Shown here piece by piece: positions 29,405 through 39,050 of a stretch of DNA of 64,000 bases (position 1 is the first letter of the stretch; each line of letters opens with the position of its first letter). Position numbers and translations under genes: made by a program. Source of the stretch: an uncultured virus (IMG/VR IMGVR_UViG_3300037502_002629) (taxonomy: Duplodnaviria > Heunggongvirae > Uroviricota > Caudoviricetes). Below the pieces are notes generated by a model. It saw only the letters and a list, made by a program, of their open reading frames with translations, was not told the DNA's origin and ran no database searches. Location of the stretch: the IMG/VR virus record IMGVR_UViG_3300037502_002629; one strand, given 5' to 3'.

Positions 29405-29617
29405 TTACTCCTTATAGGTAGTATACCACATTTCTTCAGATCCATGCCAGGTACTGTTGGTGTTATAAGTGTTTTCATTATTAACATTAACACTCACATT
29501 TAATGATCCTTTGTAATCTGGCATTACAGGCAAATCATCATCTACATTAGTGACTTCTACACTTAATGTATCGTTTTCAATAGTAACAAGTAATTTAAAC
29601 TCTAATGTTTTTTTCAT
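29405..29617 (-). CDS. Hypothetical protein
   Basis: ORF track. Starts immediately after the tmRNA 3' end. Confidence 0.6.
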   Translation of the reverse strand: MKKTLEFKLLVTIENDTLSVEVTNVDDDLPVMPDYKGSLNVSVNVNNENTYNTNSTWHGSEEMWYTTYKE

Positions 29618-29621
29618 GTTG

Positions 29622-29942
29622 TGGATCTGGTGGGATTCGAACCCACGTCTTGCTATGTGTTAATAATCAATGAATTACAGGTTTTAGGAATCTCTCAGCA
29701 GTTTTGCAACTGCTTACAGGATTGCTCCACCACCTTATTTTTAAGGAACAAGGAAACCGCACTTGGTTCAGTCGTGTAGATACTACGCTTCTACAAGCTC
29801 ATCACAAGATACAAATGCAATTGCATCTTCGAAAGTAAAGGTTGACTTGCCATTTAAGAGTGTGTTAGGATATTTAACTGCTTCCAACTAGCAGTACCTG
29901 CATTAATTAATAATCGCCATCCAATCGATACCTTTCAGACCC
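29622..29942 (-). ncRNA. ssrA: tmRNA
   Basis: The 5' GGGTCTG pairs with the 3' CAGATCC, giving the G3-U alanine wobble. T-arm is GTGGG-TTCGAAT-CCCAC with discriminator A. An internal tag frame follows TAAAT: GKSTFTFEDAIAFVSCDELVEA* (29851-29783). Length is ~321 nt. Confidence 0.92.
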
Positions 29943-29946
29943 TTAT

Positions 29947-29973
29947 GCGGGTGATACAATCTGTATCACCCGC
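29947..29973. other. Perfect 12-bp hairpin just upstream of the tmRNA
   Basis: GCGGGTGATACA-ATC-TGTATCACCCGC. Confidence 0.85.
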
Positions 29974-29975
29974 TA

Positions 29976-30006
29976 CAAATATATTACACTAATTTATTAA
30001 ATCCAA
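29976..30006 (-). promoter_or_regulatory. Bacteroidetes-type primary sigma promoter for tmRNA
   Basis: Minus strand TTG-N20-TATATTTG matches the -33/-7 consensus (TTG...TAnnTTTG). Confidence 0.6.
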
Positions 30007-30571
30007 TTACAGGTTTCGCGGGCTCTTTTTCCTCATCTAATTCAGCCTCGCACCAATCTGCCAATAGAGATATTGTATTTTTGTTTTTATCTTCTTTCTT
30101 AATAAAATACCCCGATGTCTTACAGTAAGTAAGATCTGTGCCAAATGAATTTATATAGTTCTGGGTAGCATTCAGTACATGATCCCAGGTATATTGGGGA
30201 TAGTTTTTAAAGAACCATAGCATCCTATTAGTTAGTTCTATTGTCCCATTACGCAGAGCTTTGCCATTTACCACTCCTTTAGGGAACAATTCTCTGTACT
30301 TGGTCACATTATCTGCAAATTCACTATCAATCAACTTACTCTTTTGAACTTTGTCATCACCCATACCAGCATCTATATCCATTAGGACTTTTAATGCTGT
30401 ACTTGTAAGATTATGATTTTCATCTACATAGCCTAGCAAACCTAATTTATGTAACTCGGTAGCATATGGTATTTTAAGGCTAAGATTTTCATTTTTGGCC
30501 AGACAGTACATTAGGTAGTACCCGTTTGGTGTTAGATTTGCTTTCTGTAGCAATTGGAATAATTTTTTCAT
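29984..30571 (-). CDS. Hypothetical protein (possible winged-helix N-terminus)
   Basis: ORF track, 195 aa. Confidence 0.6.
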   Translation of the reverse strand: MKKLFQLLQKANLTPNGYYLMYCLAKNENLSLKIPYATELHKLGLLGYVDENHNLTSTALKVLMDIDAGMGDDKVQKSKLIDSEFADNVTKYRELFPKGVVNGKALRNGTIELTNRMLWFFKNYPQYTWDHVLNATQNYINSFGTDLTYCKTSGYFIKKEDKNKNTISLLADWCEAELDEEKEPAKPVIGFNKLV

Positions 30572-31007
30572 CTTGCAAATGTTTTATTAGTCTTAAGTAT
30601 TTGATCCTGTTTTCTTTATCGCTTTCATTAAAACCAGCCTGCTTCTTGCAGTGGTGTAGAATAGTCGCATGATTCATGTTTAGCAGCTTACCTAATTTAG
30701 TTGTCCCAATCTTATAGTAACTTCTAATTACATAAAAGGCTACACTCATCATGTCCGATTTGTATTTGTTTAACTTCTTGTTTTTGTTTCTGTAATCTAT
30801 TAACCTAGGATTGCCATTATAGATCAAATTTACACTAAAGAGGATGTCTTCAAATAAAGTCACTATTTTGGAGTCATCGCCTTTAATTTCTGCCTTAATC
30901 ATATCATACCTGGTGCTAGGAAATAATTGATTGGCAATTGATAAGTACCAATCTTCAAATCGCGTTTTGTTAATTAATGCGTGTTCTGGTATAATAATTG
31001 GTTTCAT
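30489..31007 (-). CDS. DnaA C-terminal (domain IV)-like helix-turn-helix protein
   Basis: TTKLGKLLNMNHATILHHCKK resembles the IG..FG.RDHTTVLHA motif of DnaA domain IV. Confidence 0.6.
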   Translation of the reverse strand: MKPIIIPEHALINKTRFEDWYLSIANQLFPSTRYDMIKAEIKGDDSKIVTLFEDILFSVNLIYNGNPRLIDYRNKNKKLNKYKSDMMSVAFYVIRSYYKIGTTKLGKLLNMNHATILHHCKKQAGFNESDKENRIKYLRLIKHLQDEKIIPIATESKSNTKRVLPNVLSGQK

Positions 31008-31067
31008 ATTTTGTTTTTCTGCTATTTTTTATTAAATTATATTATATTGTACATATATAAATCCAGT

Positions 31068-31379
31068 ATGGCCCACGTTAAAAACGATGACATATTAAAT
31101 ACTATAAAGGCGTATATAACACCAGTATTAATCAGCATATTAGGAATAATGCTATGGAGTCAGTTAACCGAGCTACGCGAAGATGTTAAAAAGCTATTGG
31201 CATATCAAGCGGCTAACGATGTAAAGGTATCAATGTTAGAGAAAGAACTTGATATTTTACGAGAAAAATATGACACCCAATCCAGATACTCAACAGAATC
31301 AATCAGATTACCCGAAAGAGCAACTGCTAAAAAAGAAGAAGGACCAAAAGTCCCTTCTCCTGAAGAAACCAATCTGTAA
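31068..31379 (+). CDS. Single-TM coiled-coil membrane protein (lysis-region candidate)
   Basis: The likely start is ATG 31068 (MAHVKN). One hydrophobic segment, then coiled coil. Confidence 0.65.
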   Translation: MAHVKNDDILNTIKAYITPVLISILGIMLWSQLTELREDVKKLLAYQAANDVKVSMLEKELDILREKYDTQSRYSTESIRLPERATAKKEEGPKVPSPEETNL

Positions 31380-31557
31380 TATATGGAAATCGTTAATAAC
31401 AACCACTTTAGGAATTGTAATTATACTGGGTTCGTTATTCTCTGCTATTGTCATGAATAATAATTGGTCAGATGCAGTGTGGGGTATAGCTATGGGTTTG
31501 GGATTATTATTTGCCCCAGACGAAATGCTCACTAAACTTAAAAACTTTATACGATGA
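31249..31557 (+). CDS. Two-TM membrane protein, holin candidate (start uncertain)
   Basis: Two hydrophobic segments and a basic C-terminus; it sits next to a spanin-like gene. Confidence 0.5.
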   Translation: MIFYEKNMTPNPDTQQNQSDYPKEQLLKKKKDQKSLLLKKPICNIWKSLITTTLGIVIILGSLFSAIVMNNNWSDAVWGIAMGLGLLFAPDEMLTKLKNFIR

Positions 31558-32111
31558 GATACATAGCTATATTTTTAATAACCTTCGCCGTACTGTATTC
31601 GTGTAATCCAGTTAAAAGAGTTTTAAAAGATCCTGTTAAAGTAAACGAAGTAGCAACTGAACTTATTCGCAGAGGATACTGCGCCAATGATACCACCATT
31701 ATTACATCTGTAACTGACACTGTCTTTATTAATGACAAAGAAGACTTGGACACATTAATATTTGATCAGGGAATATGTAACTTTGATACCATATTAAAAT
31801 CAGGTACAAGGCTTAGGTTCCAGGATGGAGTCTTACTAATACGTGAAAAGAAACAAGTAAAAACCAGGGTTATCACAAAAAATGTAGATAACTTTATACG
31901 TGATACTAAGTATGAAAACTTGCTTAAACAGGATATTGCTGTTTATCAAGATTCAGTAATAGAATTCAAAGCAATTATTACCAGCAAAAATGAACATATT
32001 CTCATGCTCGATGATAAATTAGATACTACCAGATGGTATTTAATAATCGTCATCGGTGCAGTAATAGGTACAGTTGTTTGGAGAGTTTATAAGAAAATAA
32101 AGCCCATATAA
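31554..32111 (+). CDS. Lipoprotein with C-terminal TM helix (unimolecular spanin-like)
   Basis: N-terminal signal ending LYSC (lipobox), plus C-terminal WYLIIVIGAVIGTVVW followed by basic residues. Confidence 0.65.
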   Translation: MRYIAIFLITFAVLYSCNPVKRVLKDPVKVNEVATELIRRGYCANDTTIITSVTDTVFINDKEDLDTLIFDQGICNFDTILKSGTRLRFQDGVLLIREKKQVKTRVITKNVDNFIRDTKYENLLKQDIAVYQDSVIEFKAIITSKNEHILMLDDKLDTTRWYLIIVIGAVIGTVVWRVYKKIKPI

Positions 32112-32112
32112 T

Positions 32113-33273
32113 ATGTCAGCTAATAAAAAAGTAGTTACTACTGTAGCAGCATTTATAGCAGAAGTTCTTGCATCTGCTACTTCTAACTATACCTGTATTG
32201 AGATTGAATCTGCATCAGGGGATGATTTTGTACTGTCATCCACTCTTAATATACCTCCTAATTTTTCAGGCACTAGTTCTAAAAGATTAATCATAGAAGG
32301 TAATGGGATAACCATTAAATGTGCTCCTGGTGGTTTTGGAAACGATACAGCGTTGATTAGCAGAAAATCAGTGTCTGATATAAAAAGTTGTTCACTTATT
32401 TTTAGAAATATCAACTTTGACTGTCTCGGTAATCAGATGACAGGACTGGAGCTATACAATGCCACTGATGTTGTTATTGAAAATTGCAGGTTTAATAATT
32501 GCAAGACGGGTCTTATGCTTAAGTGTATAGATACAGCTGCAATCAACAACTGCACTGCAACTAACATTACAGCTTTTGGTTTTTATGTAGGCGTATCTGA
32601 GTTAGTTACAAATCCTGATCCTAATTTAAGGATATCAGCTGCCCGTTGTAATAACATCATATTTAATAACTGCAAAGTACTGGGTAGTAATGCATCATCT
32701 GCAATTGGATATAGTTTAATTGATGCTGTTGCATGTGAATTGTCTAACTGTCAAGCTAGGAATCTTTTGTTGACAGGAATTGAGTTTATTGAATCTATTA
32801 TCACACCCAATGGTATTAAGATCAATAACTTTACAATATTTGCCAATACACCAGGGACCACAGGAGTTAAATTAGTCATGGGTACTGGATATGCAGTAAT
32901 TGATGGATATTTTGCTTATGCGCTTGGAGCTGCTGGAATTGTAGTAGATGGCTCAGCTCTTTCAAACTCAGGAGTTAATTTCCCCTTGCCTCATATATAC
33001 GTTAACAGACTACCGTTTTTACAACCAAGTTATAAGTTTAGTACTGTTGGTGGTATTCCTGCTAATTCACCTTGCAACATTCCTCAACCTACTGGTGTTG
33101 CTGTATGGGAATTCAACGAGGTTTTTGATGGAGATAATATATTCAGTGCTGCACGTTGGCTAGGCTTGCCACAGAATCTAGGATTTATCCCTTATTACAG
33201 ATATGCTGAGTTTTTCAGTGAATCTAAAACAATATTAACTAATGCAATGACAATTAATTCTAAACCAATATAA
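32113..33273 (+). CDS. Parallel beta-helix protein (spike-like)
   Basis: Repeating Asn/Cys-ladder strands (IENCRFNNC, INNCTATN, FNNCKV). Confidence 0.7.
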   Translation: MSANKKVVTTVAAFIAEVLASATSNYTCIEIESASGDDFVLSSTLNIPPNFSGTSSKRLIIEGNGITIKCAPGGFGNDTALISRKSVSDIKSCSLIFRNINFDCLGNQMTGLELYNATDVVIENCRFNNCKTGLMLKCIDTAAINNCTATNITAFGFYVGVSELVTNPDPNLRISAARCNNIIFNNCKVLGSNASSAIGYSLIDAVACELSNCQARNLLLTGIEFIESIITPNGIKINNFTIFANTPGTTGVKLVMGTGYAVIDGYFAYALGAAGIVVDGSALSNSGVNFPLPHIYVNRLPFLQPSYKFSTVGGIPANSPCNIPQPTGVAVWEFNEVFDGDNIFSAARWLGLPQNLGFIPYYRYAEFFSESKTILTNAMTINSKPI

Positions 33274-33275
33274 AG

Positions 33276-35306
33276 ATGGCATTCGTAAAAACCTTCTGGG
33301 ACTTAAAAAATAATACCACCTACTCTTCACATGTTGTAGGTAGTTTTGATAATAATACAACCACAGGCGGAGGTGAGTTCAGATGGATTCCCAATGTAAA
33401 TAATTCAACTATTACAGATATCGCGGGCATGCGTATAAAGCCAGCTGGATCCACCACTGGTTATTGGGAGCGTGTATGGAATGGTCCCCTTAATGTATCA
33501 TGGTTTGGTTGTCAAAATACAACGTCTACACCGTATACCTTTTTACAATTAGGGGTATCACAATCTCAACTTAATGCTCGATATGGTGCAGGATTTGCCA
33601 GTGTAAATGATAACTATGATACAACTGCTATCCGTTATGCGTTTAGCATTATGGGTCAAAATGGTTACAGCAACAGTTTAATCTTTGAACCTAAAGTTTA
33701 TCATTTAACCAGGACCTGCGAACTTCCTGTTGAGTTTACAACGTATTTACCCACTACAATAGGCACATTTATTATAGATGGAAACGGAGCAACTATTGTA
33801 AAAACGGGAACAACCCAGTTTGATTTCTTTACAAGAGTGCCTGCAGATCAGGCAGAGGCAGCTACGTATATTAACTATGGATTTACCTTTAAAAACTTTA
33901 ATGCAAGTGGGTCAGGAGGTGTGTGGCAAAATAGCGGCTACAGCTTCTTATATCTGGGAGCTACCACTAACTCTATTATTGAGAACATTAATGTTCAACA
34001 GTTTGATGTAGGTCTTCGTTTAGAGTATTGTGTAAACGCTACTATACAGACAATTAATACTAGCCAAATTACTTCTTATTCTATCTACGCTAAAAGTGGT
34101 GGGTGGTCAGGTGCTGGCTTAACTAATTCTAACAGCAATATTGCTGAGATGACCCATGTGTACATCAATGATTCACTTAGTCAAAATGCAGGTATAGCAT
34201 TAGTGGGGGCAGACGCTGGTAAAATTAGTCAAGCTGTTATTTATGGTAGTGGTACACCTGATCATGGTATTTATATAGACAGTTTAACCGCGTCTACCAT
34301 GAGTACTGTGCGTATACAAGATGTTACATTAAACGCCGCTACAGCAGTGGCAGGTATCTACCTTAAAGTAAATACACTAGGCAGATACATTGTAGATGGA
34401 GTGAAAAACACACAGGTTCAGACAGTAGTGGCAGGTGAAGCATATTCTGGTTCCCCAAGTATATACCTGGGAAACATTGGTAATTGGCCCGCAGGATCAC
34501 AACTCTCTAATATTGGAGCATGTGACTGGGAGTTTGATAACGTATATCTTGGTGTTGGTATTAATACTCCTGCTGACATTGTAAATCCAGCAAACAATCT
34601 CTGGGTGACAGCTGGAACCCCCACGATTCCTTCAGTATCGAATGTTCAATATGTACCATTAGGTAGTGTATTCATTCCTACTCTTCAACAAGTTCTGGAT
34701 AACAACAATGACATTGCTAGCGGTTTACTTTTTATAGGCACTGATGCTGGACAAGGTAATACAGCATTAGTGGATGTATATGCTTTAGGCACAGACGCTG
34801 CTAAGAATAATGTTAGTGCTCAGGTGATAGCTATTGGTAATGGTGCTGGAGAGAATAATGCAGGTTCTGATTCTGTTTTTATGTGTATTAATGCAGGACA
34901 AGGTAATACTGGTCAATCTGTATATGCTATAGGTCAAACATCATGTCAAGGAAATACAGGATTTAGAGTTGTTGCAATCGGCACTAGTAGTGCTGAGTCT
35001 AATACAGGTGATGATGTAATAGGACTAGGTGACCAAGCTGGAGCTTTCAATACAGGTGATAATGTTACTGCTTTAGGCAATGATGCCGCAAATAGTAATA
35101 CAGGTAATGATGTAATTGCTCTTGGAGAAGGAGCAGGTCAAAGCAATGGAATTAATCAATCAGTGATTATATCTAATACTTGTTTACCATCCTATGCTAA
35201 CTATGCAGCTGCAACAGCTGTTATTACAGGTCCAGGAGCTACTACTGGTACATATCTATACCACGATCAGGCTACTAATTCAATTGGTGCGGTAAGAATA
35301 CCTTAA
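33276..35306 (+). CDS. Tail spike/receptor-binding protein: beta-helix plus C-terminal NTGxxVxALG repeats
   Basis: GGGEFRW and LNVSWFG...DTTAIRYA tail-spike N-terminal motifs. About 17-aa Gly/Asn repeats at ~34730-35170. Confidence 0.75.
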   Translation: MAFVKTFWDLKNNTTYSSHVVGSFDNNTTTGGGEFRWIPNVNNSTITDIAGMRIKPAGSTTGYWERVWNGPLNVSWFGCQNTTSTPYTFLQLGVSQSQLNARYGAGFASVNDNYDTTAIRYAFSIMGQNGYSNSLIFEPKVYHLTRTCELPVEFTTYLPTTIGTFIIDGNGATIVKTGTTQFDFFTRVPADQAEAATYINYGFTFKNFNASGSGGVWQNSGYSFLYLGATTNSIIENINVQQFDVGLRLEYCVNATIQTINTSQITSYSIYAKSGGWSGAGLTNSNSNIAEMTHVYINDSLSQNAGIALVGADAGKISQAVIYGSGTPDHGIYIDSLTASTMSTVRIQDVTLNAATAVAGIYLKVNTLGRYIVDGVKNTQVQTVVAGEAYSGSPSIYLGNIGNWPAGSQLSNIGACDWEFDNVYLGVGINTPADIVNPANNLWVTAGTPTIPSVSNVQYVPLGSVFIPTLQQVLDNNNDIASGLLFIGTDAGQGNTALVDVYALGTDAAKNNVSAQVIAIGNGAGENNAGSDSVFMCINAGQGNTGQSVYAIGQTSCQGNTGFRVVAIGTSSAESNTGDDVIGLGDQAGAFNTGDNVTALGNDAANSNTGNDVIALGEGAGQSNGINQSVIISNTCLPSYANYAAATAVITGPGATTGTYLYHDQATNSIGAVRIP

Positions 35307-35347
35307 AATCTTAGTTGCTTTGTTGTTGTTATAATAATGTTGTTAGA

Positions 35348-35375
35348 GAAAAACCCCCATCACTGGGGGTTTTTC
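35348..35375. terminator. Bidirectional terminator between convergent blocks
   Basis: GAAAAACCCCCA-TCAC-TGGGGGTTTTTC. Confidence 0.75.
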
Positions 35376-35650
35376 ATTCTTACTAACGCTATTCTTAAGT
35401 GAACCAAATAGCCAATCAGATCAGATATACTATCTTCTGTAAGGTCACTTATTCCCTTATTTTGTATTCGTCTTAGCTTATCGTTTATCCTTGCCTGAAT
35501 ACCTGTGACAGGATCAACATTAAACAATGGTCCTGTTTGGTGCACAGCATCTCCATACGCTGCATTTTTATCTAACAGCATATTCTTTAATGCTTCACAT
35601 TCAAATATGATCAGCTCTTCTGTGGTGCAATCTTTAATACGCTTTTCCAT
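35360..35650 (-). CDS. Nucleotide-modification-associated domain 1 (DUF1599-like)
   Basis: LLDKNAAYGD...RINDKLRRI...EDSISDLIGYL. Confidence 0.7.
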   Translation of the reverse strand: MEKRIKDCTTEELIIFECEALKNMLLDKNAAYGDAVHQTGPLFNVDPVTGIQARINDKLRRIQNKGISDLTEDSISDLIGYLVHLRIALVRMKNPQ

Positions 35651-36023
35651 GTAGTCTGCTTCTTGTGGCGTTATATCTCATTTTCGCATTGATATGCCAA
35701 TCAATATCAATACCAAGACCGCCACATAGATCAAGAATTCTAATAATTGAATCAGCCATTTCATCTTGGAACGAATCTTTGACCATGAGGGCAAAATGTT
35801 CTTTAAATTCTTCATCATTCATTTCTGACATTGCTTTTTTAACCATATCATCTACCAGTTTAATTTTACCACTAGCGCGATGTGTTTCTAATCCTTCAGC
35901 TAATTCAGTTACAATTAGCATCAAGGCTTCGCCGATGTTACGCTCTTGATCCCAGAATCCTTTTTGTACAGCGTTATTATGGATTTTATCCTTTAATTCA
36001 TTCAGATTCATCATAGTTTTCAT
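35634..36023 (-). CDS. MazG-like NTP pyrophosphohydrolase
   Basis: LIVTELAEGLE...DEMADSIIRILDLCG...KMRYN..R..LHGK. Confidence 0.8.
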   Translation of the reverse strand: MKTMMNLNELKDKIHNNAVQKGFWDQERNIGEALMLIVTELAEGLETHRASGKIKLVDDMVKKAMSEMNDEEFKEHFALMVKDSFQDEMADSIIRILDLCGGLGIDIDWHINAKMRYNATRSRLHGKAY

Positions 36024-36180
36024 AATTTTCCCAGATGTCTTCTGGTAAGTAGGTTAGAAATATTTCGTGAGTTTTTTTAGAATACAGAAGCTTTAGCATT
36101 TCCTCTAAAGCTTCTGTTTCATTATATCGCAAATCTTCTTTGATTTGTCGAATTACAGCATCTATAATTGTGTCTTGCAT
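35998..36180 (-). CDS. Hypothetical protein
   Basis: ORF track. Abuts its neighbours. Confidence 0.6.
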   Translation of the reverse strand: MQDTIIDAVIRQIKEDLRYNETEALEEMLKLLYSKKTHEIFLTYLPEDIWENYENYDESE

Positions 36181-38102
36181 TAGAACAATGTTGTTTGATA
36201 TCTAGATTCTTTAGAACCTTCAATATTAGCAATTTCTTGGTTAATTTGTTCAAGATAATAACGTTTATCCACTTGATAATCATCAAATGGACAATCGTAA
36301 AATTTATTGAAGACACGCTGCAGCCATTTGCCTGATTCCAACTGAATATCACGACCATCGGGGTGGCTTTTTACAAGTTTTACACCTGAAGTAGCCACAT
36401 AATACCTGACTAACTTCTGAAGCTTGTCTTTATAATACACCCCGTCTTTTATGTACTCAGCCGTAAAGAACCAATCACCTTTAATCTTAGCACCACCGCA
36501 GTAATCAAAGATATTTTTGTTTGTATCCAGATAATCCTGCGGCTTTACACCATTGACAAAGTACTCATATAACGCTTTGGGAACTACAAGAAAGCTTTTG
36601 TTTTTGTGCAGTGGCAAATCTTTAAACTCAAATGCGCCCTTACACTTAACACCACCAGATTCATAAACAGCAATATAGTTATTTACATCCCTGATAATCA
36701 TTTTCCTGTAAGTATCAGTTTCTAACTGTAGACTTGTCAACGATTCCCATTCTTTACAGACCTGATTAAACAATTCAACTTTATCACGCGGTATTTTAAA
36801 CTCTAAGCCATCTGTATTTTGCATCAGGGCAATCCCTTCTGGTATACGTAAGCTTATCATCTCATAGAGCATACTCAGTAGTAATTGACCGTTTACAGTA
36901 ATACGAAAGGTCAACTCTGGATCATACAGGAAGCTATGTTTGCTCTTGCTCAGACCATAGGTACTATTGAGAATAATCTTGAAGAGATAATTCAGCGGGT
37001 TTTTCTTATCGTATTTCTTACGTTCTTCAAAGAACCATTCATACAGCTCACAGAATGCATCATTAGGAATATGCGCAGGACTCCATTTGTTTCTGATAGC
37101 AAGGTTTGGATAGAATGAGGTAACATCTGCAGTAACTATAACGCAATCTTTATCAGATTCATATATTCCAGACTTTATACAACCATGAATACCGCCTAAC
37201 GCATAAACTGTATCTACACCTTTGTAAGTCATGATATGTTGTGGACCTTTGATTTTACCATCAGTTATTACTATGTTTAATTTCTTAAACCATGATAACA
37301 TGTTGTTAAATTCAGGAGTCCTGAACTCGACATACGGTAAGATCAGGGGGTCAACAGGTACGCAATCACGAATTGTTCTTAGTTCTTTAATTACTTTAGC
37401 TGGGTACTTTAGCTTTTTAGATAGAAAGTGTATGAATATCTCCTTACTAATTCTCGGCTCACTGGCAGAATATAGATTGATATCATATTCTTTACTCAGC
37501 TTACCGCGTAAATTAATCTGTTTCTTCATGTTCTCATCTACAAATATCGCCTTAGTACTTTCAACGTCATTAATACAATATTTAACGATGGTGCTTAATG
37601 TTTCAAGACCTATTACTGGTTTATAGTGTGGATGAGGCATTTCTTCTACATTATGCCAGTCAATACCATACTGAACCCACTTTAAACTTGTACGTTTTGC
37701 ATCATTATCCCAGTGATTTAACTTAAATATGTCAACTTGCCGTATACTAAGTTTCCACTCTGGGTAATCCTGCCATTCACCTCGATTACTTTTTTCAATC
37801 ACAGTTTGCGCATAGGAATATATCTCTTTGGTAAACTCATCAGCATCTATCGTAATATACCGATCAGCATTTTTTAAAATATGTTCGATAATTTGGGCAT
37901 CGAACGATATGTTATTGTAACCAAAAAACCAAGACTTTTCCTTTTTGCAAGCTTGCAGAAATCTAATTAAATCAGGCAAATCATTTTTAAGGGGATGAAC
38001 TATGAATACACGTCTGTTTGACCCCTTATAACACAAGAAAACACCGACAAAACAGTTTGTCAGTGTTTCCAAGTCATATACCCAGTAATCCTTAGTCATC
38101 AC
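36180..38102 (-). CDS. polB: Family B DNA polymerase (crAss-like type)
   Basis: Exonuclease motifs YDLE, GYNNISFD and YCINDV. Polymerase motifs DVTSFYPN, KIILNSTYG and NTDG. Confidence 0.93.
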   Translation of the reverse strand: MMTKDYWVYDLETLTNCFVGVFLCYKGSNRRVFIVHPLKNDLPDLIRFLQACKKEKSWFFGYNNISFDAQIIEHILKNADRYITIDADEFTKEIYSYAQTVIEKSNRGEWQDYPEWKLSIRQVDIFKLNHWDNDAKRTSLKWVQYGIDWHNVEEMPHPHYKPVIGLETLSTIVKYCINDVESTKAIFVDENMKKQINLRGKLSKEYDINLYSASEPRISKEIFIHFLSKKLKYPAKVIKELRTIRDCVPVDPLILPYVEFRTPEFNNMLSWFKKLNIVITDGKIKGPQHIMTYKGVDTVYALGGIHGCIKSGIYESDKDCVIVTADVTSFYPNLAIRNKWSPAHIPNDAFCELYEWFFEERKKYDKKNPLNYLFKIILNSTYGLSKSKHSFLYDPELTFRITVNGQLLLSMLYEMISLRIPEGIALMQNTDGLEFKIPRDKVELFNQVCKEWESLTSLQLETDTYRKMIIRDVNNYIAVYESGGVKCKGAFEFKDLPLHKNKSFLVVPKALYEYFVNGVKPQDYLDTNKNIFDYCGGAKIKGDWFFTAEYIKDGVYYKDKLQKLVRYYVATSGVKLVKSHPDGRDIQLESGKWLQRVFNKFYDCPFDDYQVDKRYYLEQINQEIANIEGSKESRYQTTLF

Positions 38103-38509
38103 AAGCTTTTTACACCATCATACATAACGGGATTTTCTATCTGAACTTGTTTTTCAAAGTATTTTTCCGCGATTGTTCTCGCAGAAGGGCCCACAAATAA
38201 TTCTACAAATGCAAGGATATCATCTTTGTCTTCAATGTAGTATTCGTAGTATGTATCAACAAGTCTTCGTTCTTCTGCATAACCTTTACCATTTTCACGC
38301 GGCGACTTAAGATACATTACATCACCTTTTTCAGTGAACTTAGGGAGCATTTGATAAGTTTCTTTACATTCCTTACTTATAACAGCAAGAACTTTCTGAT
38401 CCACATCAAAAATTGCTTCATTGTATGGGCAGTCTACGCTGATGGGAATTAATTTAAATGTTTTGCTTTGGTTCCACGTTGATTTTATCAACATCATTGA
38501 GTTTAACAT
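38099..38509 (-). CDS. Hypothetical protein
   Basis: The likely start is MLNSMMLIK at 38509. Confidence 0.65.
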   Translation of the reverse strand: MLNSMMLIKSTWNQSKTFKLIPISVDCPYNEAIFDVDQKVLAVISKECKETYQMLPKFTEKGDVMYLKSPRENGKGYAEERRLVDTYYEYYIEDKDDILAFVELFVGPSARTIAEKYFEKQVQIENPVMYDGVKSL

Positions 38510-39050
38510 ATAGTTTGATTTTAAGTGTTTCTTTCTCCATGTCTGGTTTATCGCATAACTCACCAGTATGTAATATATGAACTGGATCAACATCCAGCAA
38601 TTTACTATATACTCCTATAAACTTTTCAGGATACAGAAATGATTCAAGGTACGCGTATTCTGGAGTTTCATATCCATAATACGTTCTTATTTTACCTTTA
38701 GTAAGTTTACTCAATTTACTGTATCTGCCGAATATTACATGTTCATAATCATCTTTGACAGAGTGTAGATCAAATGATATAACGATATGATCATCATCAC
38801 TTTCATGATACTCATCAAACATGGGATTACTCATAAGTATATTCAGCAGATATTTGTTCCATTTATCATCATCCGCTTTATCATAGGTAAGAATTAATTT
38901 ATAATCGGATAATGAATATACACCTGTCCAGCATAAATATGAATTTATACAAGGATACGCAGTATCTTTCTTTATACCCAGGATAGGCAAAAGAAAACTA
39001 CGCGACTTTTGAAAGTATCTGGCATATAGCTTTTTAATAAGTTTTGTCAT
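38454..39050 (-). CDS. Hypothetical protein
   Basis: ORF track, 198 aa, inside the replication operon. Confidence 0.7.
   Translation of the reverse strand: MTKLIKKLYARYFQKSRSFLLPILGIKKDTAYPCINSYLCWTGVYSLSDYKLILTYDKADDDKWNKYLLNILMSNPMFDEYHESDDDHIVISFDLHSVKDDYEHVIFGRYSKLSKLTKGKIRTYYGYETPEYAYLESFLYPEKFIGVYSKLLDVDPVHILHTGELCDKPDMEKETLKIKLYVKLNDVDKINVEPKQNI

Noticed and set aside
24733..31060. TATATTA motif upstream of + strand genes (~24741, ~31038) as a late promoter
   Set aside because: Only two AT-rich instances, which cannot be distinguished from background without more genome.
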